A program made the translations under genes and the position numbers. Shown here in pieces: positions 54,937 to 63,061 of a stretch of 64,000 nucleotides of DNA (the stretch's first letter is position 1; every line of letters begins with the position of its first letter). Under the pieces are notes generated by a model, which was not told the origin of the DNA, made no database searches, and saw only the letters and a program-made list of their open reading frames with translations. The DNA comes from Armatimonadota bacterium (GTDB lineage Bacteria; Armatimonadota; UBA5829; DSUL01), in the NCBI GenBank assembly GCA_039811685.1, contig JBDHZC010000002.1, positions 416,001 through 480,000 of the forward strand, in the 5' to 3' direction.

Positions 54937-57774
54937 ATGGCAGAACTTGAGAAAGCGTACGACCCCCGCGGCGTCGAAGAAAAGTGGTACCGGCACTGGA
55001 TGGACGCCGGATACTTCCACGCCCGGACCGGCTCCGGCAAGCCGACCTTCAGCATCACCATTCCACCCCCAAACGTAACAGGCTCCCTGCACCTGGGACA
55101 TGCCCTGTGCTACACCCTTCAGGATGTGTTGACCCGCTGGAAGCGCATGCAGGGCTTTGAGACGTTGTGCCTTCCCGGGACAGACCACGCCGGAATCGCC
55201 ACGCAGAACGCCGTGGAAAGAGAGCTGGCGCGGGAAGGATTGAGCCGCCACGACCTTGGACGCGAGAAGTTTCTGGAGCGCGTCTGGGCGTGGAAGGAGA
55301 AGTACGGCGGGACAATTCTGGAGCAGTTCAAGCGGATGGGCTATTCGTTTGACTGGGAGCGCACGCGCTTTACGCTGGATGAGGGCTATCACAAGGCGGT
55401 TGTCGAGCACTTTGTGCGGCTGTATGACGATGGACACATTTACCGCGGGGAGCGCGTGATCAACTGGTGCCCCCGGTGCGCAACCGCCATCTCGGATATT
55501 GAAATCGAGTACGAAGAGCAGGACGGTCAGCTTTTCCAGATTGACTACCCGTTTGAGGATGGCAACGGGCATGTGACAGTCGCGACCACGCGCCCTGAGA
55601 CGATGCTGGGGGATACAGGGGTCGCGGTAAACCCCTCTGATAAGCGCTACACAAATGTGGTAGGCAAGAACGTCATTCTGCCGGTGATGGGCCGACGGAT
55701 CCCGATTGTCGCCGACGAGTACGCAGACCCGGAGTTTGGCACCGGCGCCGTCAAAGTGACGCCAGCGCACGACCCGAACGACTTTGAGATAGGGCGAAGA
55801 CAGAATCTGCCGGCGATAACGGTCATAGGGACCGACGCGGTGATGACCGAAAACGCAGGGAAGTACGCGGGTAAGGATCGCTACGAAGCCCGCGCTGAGC
55901 TGGTGGAGGAGTTGAAGGCTCTCGGCGCTTTGCGAAGCGTGGAGACTCTACGCCACTCCGTAAACACCTGCGCCCGCTGTCACACAGTCATTGAGCCTCT
56001 CCTGCTGGAGCAGTGGTTTGTGAGTATGCCGCCGCTCGCCAAACCCGCGGCCGATGTGGTGCGCGAAGAGAAGGTGAAGTTCTTCCCGGCGCGCTTTTCC
56101 AAACTGTATCTGGAGTGGATGGACAACATCCGGGACTGGTGCATCTCGCGCCAGCTCTGGTGGGGACACCGCATCCCCGCTTACTACTGCCTGGACTGCA
56201 ACAGCGATAAGATTACCTTCAAGACCAGCACGGGAAGCGAGCCCGAGATTGACTGGGGAAAGACCAAAGTTTCGGATCTGGATGTGATTGTCGCGCGCGA
56301 AAAGCCGGAGACCTGCCCGATGTGCTCGGGAAGTCGCGTCGTGCAGGACCCGGACGTGCTGGATACATGGTTCTCCAGCGCTTTGTGGACCTTTGCGACG
56401 ATGGGATGGCCCGAAAAGACACCGCTTCTGAAGGAGTTTCACCCGACCTCTGTCTTGACGACTGGCCGGGACATCATCTATCTCTGGGTCGCGAGGATGA
56501 TCGTCTCAAGCCTGTACTTTCTGGATGAGATTCCGTTCCACGACGTCTATATCTACGCCACGGTCCAGAACCAGGAAGGCCAGCGGATGTCCAAGTCGCT
56601 TGGGACCGGCGTGGACCCGCTGGAGCTGATTGATCAGTACGGCGCCGATGCGCTGCGCTTCTCGATGATTGAGCAGACGGGCAAGTCGCAGGACATGCGC
56701 TTCCCCGTGACCTTTGAGTGCAACAACTGCGGGACGGTCAATCAGTCTCTGACCCCCTATAAGGGCGAATGCCGCAAGTGCGGCTCCACAGATGTAACCG
56801 CGCACTCCTCCCGCGTCGAGCAGTCGCGCAACTTCGCCAACAAGATATGGAACGCCGCGCGCTTTGTGTTGATGAATCTGAAGGCAGAGGGAGAAGCTGA
56901 GAAGGATCAGGGATCAGAGGCTAGGGAGAGAAGACTTGAGGCGCTCGAGGATCGCTGGATCGTCTCCCGGCTGAACAGAACCATCGAGGCCGTCAACGGC
57001 TATCTGAGCTCCTACGACCTGGATATGGCGGCGCGTGCGCTGCATGAGTTCATCTGGAGCGAGTACTGCGACTGGTATCTGGAGCTTGTCAAGACGCGCC
57101 TCAAAGGGGAAGATGCGGATACGGCCCGATTTGTCCTGGTGAGCGTACTGGAGAAGACCCTGCGTCTGTTGCACCCGATGATGCCGCACTTGACGGAGGA
57201 GATCTGGCAGGCGCTTCCACTGGACGTGCGCCCGGACGCAAGCTCCATTATGATCGCTGCATTCCCTGAGAGCGATTCCTCGCTGTTGGACGAAAGCGCA
57301 GAGACTGAGATGGCGGCGCTTCAGGAGATCATCACACGCATCCGGAACCTGCGCGCAGAGGGCAACATCCCACCTGGAAAGCGCGTAAACCTGACCCTGG
57401 TAGCCCAGAATGCGGAGTGCGCGGAGTTGGCCCGCAGAAATGCCGAAGCGGCTATCTCGCTGGCGAGACTTCAGTCCTTTGACGTCGTTTTGAGTGAGCA
57501 AAATACAGATCAAAAAGCCCTGAGCGCTCAGGTGGCTGCGGGCGCGCTGTTCATGCCTCTTGGCGACGCCGCAGACATCGAAAAAGAAACCCTTCGTCTC
57601 GAGAAAGAACGGGAAACACTGCGCTCGGATCTGGACAAGGCTCAGGCCAAGCTGAACAACCCCACCTTTGTAGACAAGGCGCCAGCAGAGGTTGTGGAGA
57701 AGCAGCGACGCAACATTGAGGAGTTCACAGCGCGGATTGCGGAGATTGACGAGCGGCTGCGGCTGCTGGGGTGA
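54937..57774 (+). CDS. valS: Valine--tRNA ligase
   Basis: PPPNVTGSLHLGH, DWCISRQLWWGHRIP, DVLDTWFSS, RMSKS, C-terminal coiled coil. Confidence 0.98.
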   Translation: MAELEKAYDPRGVEEKWYRHWMDAGYFHARTGSGKPTFSITIPPPNVTGSLHLGHALCYTLQDVLTRWKRMQGFETLCLPGTDHAGIATQNAVERELAREGLSRHDLGREKFLERVWAWKEKYGGTILEQFKRMGYSFDWERTRFTLDEGYHKAVVEHFVRLYDDGHIYRGERVINWCPRCATAISDIEIEYEEQDGQLFQIDYPFEDGNGHVTVATTRPETMLGDTGVAVNPSDKRYTNVVGKNVILPVMGRRIPIVADEYADPEFGTGAVKVTPAHDPNDFEIGRRQNLPAITVIGTDAVMTENAGKYAGKDRYEARAELVEELKALGALRSVETLRHSVNTCARCHTVIEPLLLEQWFVSMPPLAKPAADVVREEKVKFFPARFSKLYLEWMDNIRDWCISRQLWWGHRIPAYYCLDCNSDKITFKTSTGSEPEIDWGKTKVSDLDVIVAREKPETCPMCSGSRVVQDPDVLDTWFSSALWTFATMGWPEKTPLLKEFHPTSVLTTGRDIIYLWVARMIVSSLYFLDEIPFHDVYIYATVQNQEGQRMSKSLGTGVDPLELIDQYGADALRFSMIEQTGKSQDMRFPVTFECNNCGTVNQSLTPYKGECRKCGSTDVTAHSSRVEQSRNFANKIWNAARFVLMNLKAEGEAEKDQGSEARERRLEALEDRWIVSRLNRTIEAVNGYLSSYDLDMAARALHEFIWSEYCDWYLELVKTRLKGEDADTARFVLVSVLEKTLRLLHPMMPHLTEEIWQALPLDVRPDASSIMIAAFPESDSSLLDESAETEMAALQEIITRIRNLRAEGNIPPGKRVNLTLVAQNAECAELARRNAEAAISLARLQSFDVVLSEQNTDQKALSAQVAAGALFMPLGDAADIEKETLRLEKERETLRSDLDKAQAKLNNPTFVDKAPAEVVEKQRRNIEEFTARIAEIDERLRLLG

Positions 57775-57801
57775 AGCGCACCAGAGCGCCGGCCACGCCG
57801 G

Positions 57802-58140
57802 TCAGTCCGGCTCTACACTCACCTGAAGACCGATCTGGCGCAGAACTCCCGCCACCCGATTGCAGTCGTCAAAATCGCCGGAGTACACCACAGCCTGCCC
57901 GGTCAGGTGCGCTTCCAGCATAATGACCTCGGCCTTCTGCAGAGAGTAGCCTGTCGCCTTCTGAATCTGAAGCGAAACCTGATCCATCGAGTGCTCGTCA
58001 TCGTCAAAGAGAATGACTCTGTACGCCGGCGACCGCTCGCCTTCCAGGTCCTGAATCTGCTGGATAATTGACTCAGCGACAGGCGGAGCGTCAATGAGTG
58101 TTCGAGCAAGCTGAAGCGGGATAGCGGCAACAGTGTCCAT
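57802..58140 (-). CDS. clpS: ATP-dependent Clp protease adaptor ClpS
   Basis: YRVILFDDDEHSMDQV, IMLEAHLTGQAVV. Confidence 0.85.
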   Translation of the reverse strand: MDTVAAIPLQLARTLIDAPPVAESIIQQIQDLEGERSPAYRVILFDDDEHSMDQVSLQIQKATGYSLQKAEVIMLEAHLTGQAVVYSGDFDDCNRVAGVLRQIGLQVSVEPD

Positions 58141-58286
58141 GTCGCTCTACATTATAAGACACTCACCACCGCGCGCACACTCTGCCAGAAGTTTTTTGTA
58201 GCCGCGCCAGAGGCCTGCTACAGATCGCGAAGAGCCATGCCCAGGGAGCGCAGCATCTCCAAAGCTTTGTCCGTGGAGACACAACG

Positions 58287-58314
58287 AAAAACGCCGCCCG
58301 TAAACGAGCGGCGT
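58287..58314 (-). terminator. Rho-independent terminator after rplY
   Basis: Minus strand ACGCCGCTCG-TTTA-CGGGCGGCGT followed by a T run. Confidence 0.8.
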
Positions 58315-58366
58315 CTTGATATCCAGGAAAGCCCTGACGCAGCAGCTTTCCTCAGAAGCGGTGAGT

Positions 58367-59029
58367 TTACCCTGCCGTGGCTTCTTCAGCCTGCGCGGGC
58401 GCACCCGTCTGCTCTTCGCCGGCAGTCTCTGCGGCTTCGGCCTCTTCAGGAAGCGGCCCGGACACCGTAGCGACGCGGATCATAACAACCGGATCGTCCT
58501 CCGGCCCCATAAACTCCACGTCCGGTACTTTGATGTCGCCAATCTTGATCGCGTCTCCGATTTGCAGCTCGGTGATGTCAAGATCAATGCGCGGTGGGAT
58601 GTTTGTGGGGAGCGCCTGAATCTGCAGTTCGCGGTGCAAATGATCCAGCATACCGCCCTGATTCTTGACGCCCTCCGCCTCACCAATCAGATGAACAGGG
58701 ACGGTCGTGGTGATCTTCTCGTCCATCGCAACTGTGTGGAAATCTACATGCAGCAGCCTGCGCGTGCGCGGGTCAAACTGAAGTTTGCTCACCATCACAG
58801 GCAAGGCGCTCAGTCCGTTGTCCGGAATGGACAGGTCTATAATGGCGTTGTCGCCCGCTTCAGTCTGAAGACAGGCCTTGAGATCGGCAAGCGGGACTTG
58901 GACGCTGTACGAATGATCCACCTTCTTGCCGTACACCGTTCCGGGGACCTGGCCGTCCCTGCGCAGGGCCCTGGTGTGGCTCTTTTTGAATTCCGAGCGC
59001 AGCTCGGCTGTGAGTTTCTGTCGTTCCAT
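58367..59029 (-). CDS. rplY: 50S ribosomal protein bL25/Ctc
   Basis: LRRDGQVPGTVYG, LLHVDF, GVKNQGG.L, IP..IDLDITELQIGD; acidic tail. Confidence 0.95.
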   Translation of the reverse strand: MERQKLTAELRSEFKKSHTRALRRDGQVPGTVYGKKVDHSYSVQVPLADLKACLQTEAGDNAIIDLSIPDNGLSALPVMVSKLQFDPRTRRLLHVDFHTVAMDEKITTTVPVHLIGEAEGVKNQGGMLDHLHRELQIQALPTNIPPRIDLDITELQIGDAIKIGDIKVPDVEFMGPEDDPVVMIRVATVSGPLPEEAEAAETAGEEQTGAPAQAEEATAG

Positions 59030-59107
59030 GCGAAGTCTCTTTAGTCTCCCGGTTGGCAAAAAAACAAGCCTGACAGGCGAAGGCCGCTGAAGCCAGGCAA
59101 CCTGAGG

Positions 59108-59137
59108 AGTATACCCTGCGCCAGGGCACCTAGTCAA
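59108..59137 (-). promoter_or_regulatory. sigma70-type promoter of rplY
   Basis: TTGACT-N18-TATACT on the minus strand. Confidence 0.7.
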
Positions 59138-59232
59138 ATTCTGCAAAGCGCTCCGTTGTACGACGGAACTCCTGCGGGTACATAATGGGAGTGTCTCTGC
59201 ATAACGATAGACACTGGACAAGGATTGCCACT

Positions 59233-59919
59233 ATGCCCGCTTCTCACTCTGATACTTTCGAATCGCTGATGGGTCTTCTCTACCGCGCTCATCCGTGGCA
59301 CGGAGTCACCCTGCACCCGCAAACGCCTGAGTATCTGATCGCCTATATCGAGATTGTCCCGAGCGACACAGTCAAGTACGAGCTTGACAAAGCCACGGGA
59401 ATCCTGCGCGTGGACCGTCCGCAGCGCTACTCCAACGTCTGCCCATCTCTCTACGGACTTCTACCGCAGACTCTGTGTGGAGATCACCTGGCGCACCTGA
59501 CGCGGGAGCGCACTGGACGTTCTGGAATCGTCGGTGACGGCGACCCTCTGGATATATGCGTGCTCACAGAGAAGGACGTCCCGCACGGAGACATTCTCAT
59601 GACAGTGACTCCGCTCGGCGGCTTTCGCCTGCTGGATCGCCACGAAGCAGACGACAAAATAATCGCTGTGCTGAAAGACGACGCGGTTTACGGCTCGTGC
59701 CAGTCAATCGAAGACCTGCCCTCGTCCATTCTGGAAAGGCTCAAACACTATTTCCTGACGTACAAGCAGGACCCGGACAACGACGAACACGTCTGCGAGA
59801 TCGCCGACACGTACGGCCGCGAAGAAGCGCATGAAGTTATTCGCTGCTGCCGGCAGGACTACCAGGATGTGTTCGGAAACGTGAAGGAGAAGCTGGCGGC
59901 TAAAGTGAATCAGAAGTAA
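59233..59919 (+). CDS. ppa: Inorganic pyrophosphatase (family I)
   Basis: HPWHG, KYELDK, DGDPLD, DDKIIAV, YFLTYK. Confidence 0.93.
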   Translation: MPASHSDTFESLMGLLYRAHPWHGVTLHPQTPEYLIAYIEIVPSDTVKYELDKATGILRVDRPQRYSNVCPSLYGLLPQTLCGDHLAHLTRERTGRSGIVGDGDPLDICVLTEKDVPHGDILMTVTPLGGFRLLDRHEADDKIIAVLKDDAVYGSCQSIEDLPSSILERLKHYFLTYKQDPDNDEHVCEIADTYGREEAHEVIRCCRQDYQDVFGNVKEKLAAKVNQK

Positions 59920-59953
59920 CCTCGAATCTCGAGCCCAATCTGGCACAAGGAGT

Positions 59954-60703
59954 ATGATGCGTCTCAAGGTGCTGGCGTGCGACATTTTCCGCGACGAGAT
60001 TGCTGCGGCCGCGCGCGGCTGCCCCCACGAACTCGACGTCACGATGATCGGCACGGACCGCTGCCACGAGAAGCCCAAACAGGGCAAAGCGGTGCTGCAG
60101 GAGGCCATTGACGCGTGCGCGGGACTGGGCTGGGATGCGCTGCTCATCGGCTACGGCCTGTGTGGACGTCTGATGGTGGGAATCCGTTCACAGGACACTC
60201 CTCTGGTTGTCCCGCGCTCGCACGACTGTCTGGGAGTGCTATTTGGATCTGCCGCGCGCTACCTTCAGTACTTCATGGACAATCCCGGCACGTACTATCT
60301 GAGCGGGGGATGGATAGAGCATGCCGAAGGTGAAGGGGGCGATCTCACGTCTCAGATGCAGATGGGCGAGATGTCCTTTGAGTACGAAGAGCTGATCGAG
60401 CAGTTTGGTGAGGACAACGCAAAGTATCTTTTTGAAGTGATGAGCGCGTGGCAACAGCACTACAAGAGCGCCACAGTCATCCTGCAGCAGGAAGACGACG
60501 AAAAAGCCCTGATGGAACGGGCGGAGACGCTGTGCGCGCCCAAAGGCTGGGCTGTGAACAAGCTCGCCGGTGACCTGGGATTGTTGCGCAGATGGTTGTA
60601 CGGTGACTGGAATGACGCCGAGTTCCTGCGTGTCCCACCCGGACACACCGTGCAGGAGTCTCACGACGGCGGCATCTTCAAGTCCGAGCCTTCCCCCGTC
60701 TGA
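59954..60703 (+). CDS. DUF1638 family protein
   Basis: LAC..F..E, IGYGLCG, PRSHDC, PGTYYLS.GW. Confidence 0.8.
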   Translation: MMRLKVLACDIFRDEIAAAARGCPHELDVTMIGTDRCHEKPKQGKAVLQEAIDACAGLGWDALLIGYGLCGRLMVGIRSQDTPLVVPRSHDCLGVLFGSAARYLQYFMDNPGTYYLSGGWIEHAEGEGGDLTSQMQMGEMSFEYEELIEQFGEDNAKYLFEVMSAWQQHYKSATVILQQEDDEKALMERAETLCAPKGWAVNKLAGDLGLLRRWLYGDWNDAEFLRVPPGHTVQESHDGGIFKSEPSPV

Positions 60704-61131
60704 AAAGAAGTGACGGCGGGGTATCCACCTGTACCCCGCCGCCGGATTAACGGCCTGCGGAAGATCTCGCCAGCTCTCCCGCAGGCCTTTAGCCCTCCGG
60801 TGCGGCGGAGGGTGCGCTGCAAGCTTTTTTTCTTTGTGAGCGCGCTTATGTGACGCAGGCGCTGACGAGGACACCCGGCTTTCTGCTTCCGTCCTGCCCT
60901 GGACTTCTTGAACCGACGACGAGGGAGCAAGCTGTCTGAAGAACGCGAAATGCGGCGAGAAACGCGGTATCTCCATGATAAGCAATGAGCGCCCAGACTC
61001 AGAACCGTTAAAAATACCGGGTTTCAGCGATACGCAGGCAGATACAGTGACACAGGTGCGCGGTAAACCGGGGATGAGCGGGGTACGAAAGTGTTTTGAG
61101 GAAATGGGGCAAAAAATACTTCGCGAGAAGC

Positions 61132-61157
61132 GGAACCTTTATACCGCGTGAGACGTC
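61132..61157 (+). promoter_or_regulatory. ECF sigma-type promoter
   Basis: GGAAC-N17-CGTC with an upstream A-tract. Confidence 0.6.
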
Positions 61158-61162
61158 TCAAT

Positions 61163-61232
61163 AAATAGAAAGCTTCCCACCCTCCTTTCTAGACAGACCC
61201 GGCGTTCCTGGAGAGCGCCGGGTTTTGTTTTT
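61163..61232 (+). ncRNA. Candidate small RNA with C-rich anti-SD loop and intrinsic terminator
   Basis: Stem TAGAAAG/CTTTCTA around loop CTTCCCACCCTC, then an 11-bp GC-rich hairpin plus TTTTGTTTTT, directly after the ECF-like promoter; no ORF. 5' end estimated. Confidence 0.6.
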
Positions 61233-61246
61233 GTCAGCGTTTCAGG

Positions 61247-61876
61247 TCAGTGCTGCGGCTGAAACTGTGCGCGCACCGGCTGAGTTACGACTTCGTCAAT
61301 CTCGTAGTAGCCGTGCGTCTCGTATCCTCGCATACTCGCCACAGCGCTGGAAGGAAATCCCTGCACCAGGTTGTTGTAGTCGCGCACATTGCCGTTGAAA
61401 AATCGGCGCGCCGCCTGAATGCGGTCTTCGGTGTTAACGAGCTCCCGCTGGAGGTGGAGGAAGTTTTCGCTGGCCTTGAGGTCTGGATAGGCTTCGCTGA
61501 CAGCCAGCAACTGGCGAAGGCTTCCGACAAGCTGATTCTCGCTTTGAGCCTGGGCGCCCGCGGCGGCGGCCGGCAGGCTTTCGAAGGCTGAGAGCGCCTT
61601 CTCCCGCGCCGCAGTCACTGTTTCGAAGATTTTCTGTTCGTGGGCTGCGTAGCCCTTCACCGTAGCGGTCAGATTGGGGATCAGGTCATAGCGCCGGCGC
61701 AGCTCTGTGCCCACGTTGGACCAGGACTCCCGGATCAGGTTCTGCAGATTCACGAGCTGGTTGTTGACCGTCACTCCCCAGATAACAAGCAGCAGCGGCA
61801 CTCCTATAAGAGCCGCCATCGCTGTTACGAGGGCTACGTCCAGACCACCGCCCACCGTACTTCCATATTCATTCAC
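61247..61876 (-). CDS. lemA: LemA family protein
   Basis: WSNVGTELRRRYDLIPNL, AHEQ, EAYPDLKASENF, TEDRIQAARRFFN, FPS. Confidence 0.93.
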   Translation of the reverse strand: MNEYGSTVGGGLDVALVTAMAALIGVPLLLVIWGVTVNNQLVNLQNLIRESWSNVGTELRRRYDLIPNLTATVKGYAAHEQKIFETVTAAREKALSAFESLPAAAAGAQAQSENQLVGSLRQLLAVSEAYPDLKASENFLHLQRELVNTEDRIQAARRFFNGNVRDYNNLVQGFPSSAVASMRGYETHGYYEIDEVVTQPVRAQFQPQH

Positions 61877-61946
61877 ACGAGACTACCTACCGTTACAATC
61901 GCTCTCACACTGGCGTGTTCACGGCCTAGCATACCAAAAAACTCAC

Positions 61947-62777
61947 TCAACGGGAAGCGCGCCGCCACGCCGCAACTGCCCCGTAGACCGCGCACCCCAG
62001 CGCTGCGCCAGCTAAAGCGTCGGACGGCCAGTGAGCCAACCGCAGAACCCGCATCGTGGCGATGGTTATGGCAGCGGCTAGAAACAGAATGCGGTATCGG
62101 GGAAAGCAATCCCCAAGAGCCAGCGCCAGCGCAAAAGCAGTCGCGCTCTCCGCGCTGGGAAAGGACTGGTAGTAGCCCTGCTTGATGTGCCCGGTACGCC
62201 CGACAGGGATGCACGGCCGGGATCGATGAACAATGAGCTTGATAAGAGTCGCCGCCAGTGCGCTGGAAAGCACTGCCACCGCTCCCCACAGTGCGGCCTG
62301 CCGCACAGAAGGGCGTTTGAGCGCAACGCCCAGCAGCCATAGCGCCACCAACGCCATCGCCAGCCTGTCCGCTTTGCCCAGAGGCGTGACAATCTCCCTC
62401 CAGTAGATGAAACCAGCAGATCCTCGCAGACTCATCAGGAGCGTGTGCGTCTGCCTGTCCAGAGTGAAGGCCGCTACGGCCGACAGCGCAATGAGAACCA
62501 GAGTCAGAGTGTACGCTGGACGGAGGCGCAACTTCGACGGCTCTGGCAGCAGATTTGCACGCCACAGTAGAGTGCGCCTCAAGATTCTTCGAGTCCTATC
62601 GGCCTGAGAGTCAGCAGAGCGCACGGGCGCCCCCGGCCGCACCCCGGCCCGGAGTTTTGAGCAAGACAAAACGTCAAGAAGACCTCCACACATCGCATAG
62701 TTGCGCCCGTTACGATCTTCAAACCTCCACCCACCCAAAGGGGAGACACAGGCAGGCAGCGCCATTTCTATGCGCAC
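61947..62777 (-). CDS. PAP2 family phosphatase (true start probably downstream of the listed start)
   Basis: KLIVHRSRP (C1), SFPSAE (C2, canonical PSGH), MRVLRLAHWPSD (C3). Confidence 0.75.
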   Translation of the reverse strand: MRIEMALPACVSPLGGWRFEDRNGRNYAMCGGLLDVLSCSKLRAGVRPGAPVRSADSQADRTRRILRRTLLWRANLLPEPSKLRLRPAYTLTLVLIALSAVAAFTLDRQTHTLLMSLRGSAGFIYWREIVTPLGKADRLAMALVALWLLGVALKRPSVRQAALWGAVAVLSSALAATLIKLIVHRSRPCIPVGRTGHIKQGYYQSFPSAESATAFALALALGDCFPRYRILFLAAAITIATMRVLRLAHWPSDALAGAALGCAVYGAVAAWRRASR

Positions 62778-63061
62778 TAAGCTCGCGCGTTTGGGATCAG
62801 AGCCCCAACTCGGCCACGGTTACTGGAGTCGAGACGCTTAAGGGGCAAGGGCTTTTGCCCGGGGATACGAGCCGGAATTGCGCACAATAGTTGCGATCGC
62901 AGATCGCCTGGCACGCCATTCTACGCATCAAAAAGCCACAACTCGAGTGAATCTCATACGTCTATCACGTCGCCAGCCAGTCTACATCCGAGAGCCGCGC
63001 AGCGCCAGTGCCGGGCACTATTGATAGCCTGTTTGCGATATAAAGAAAACTGAAGACCAGG

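Noticed and set aside
54826..55770. Long N-terminal extension of the 558-aa ORF
   Set aside because: Antisense to valS; the paralogue at 48291 defines the real length.
60880..60905. SRP RNA-like CAGG..GGAAGCAG on the minus strand
   Set aside because: Lacks the GNRA-capped helix 8 and the long flanking stem.
61176..61190. 16S rRNA gene fragment
   Set aside because: Only the anti-SD decamer matches; no other rRNA sequence is adjacent.
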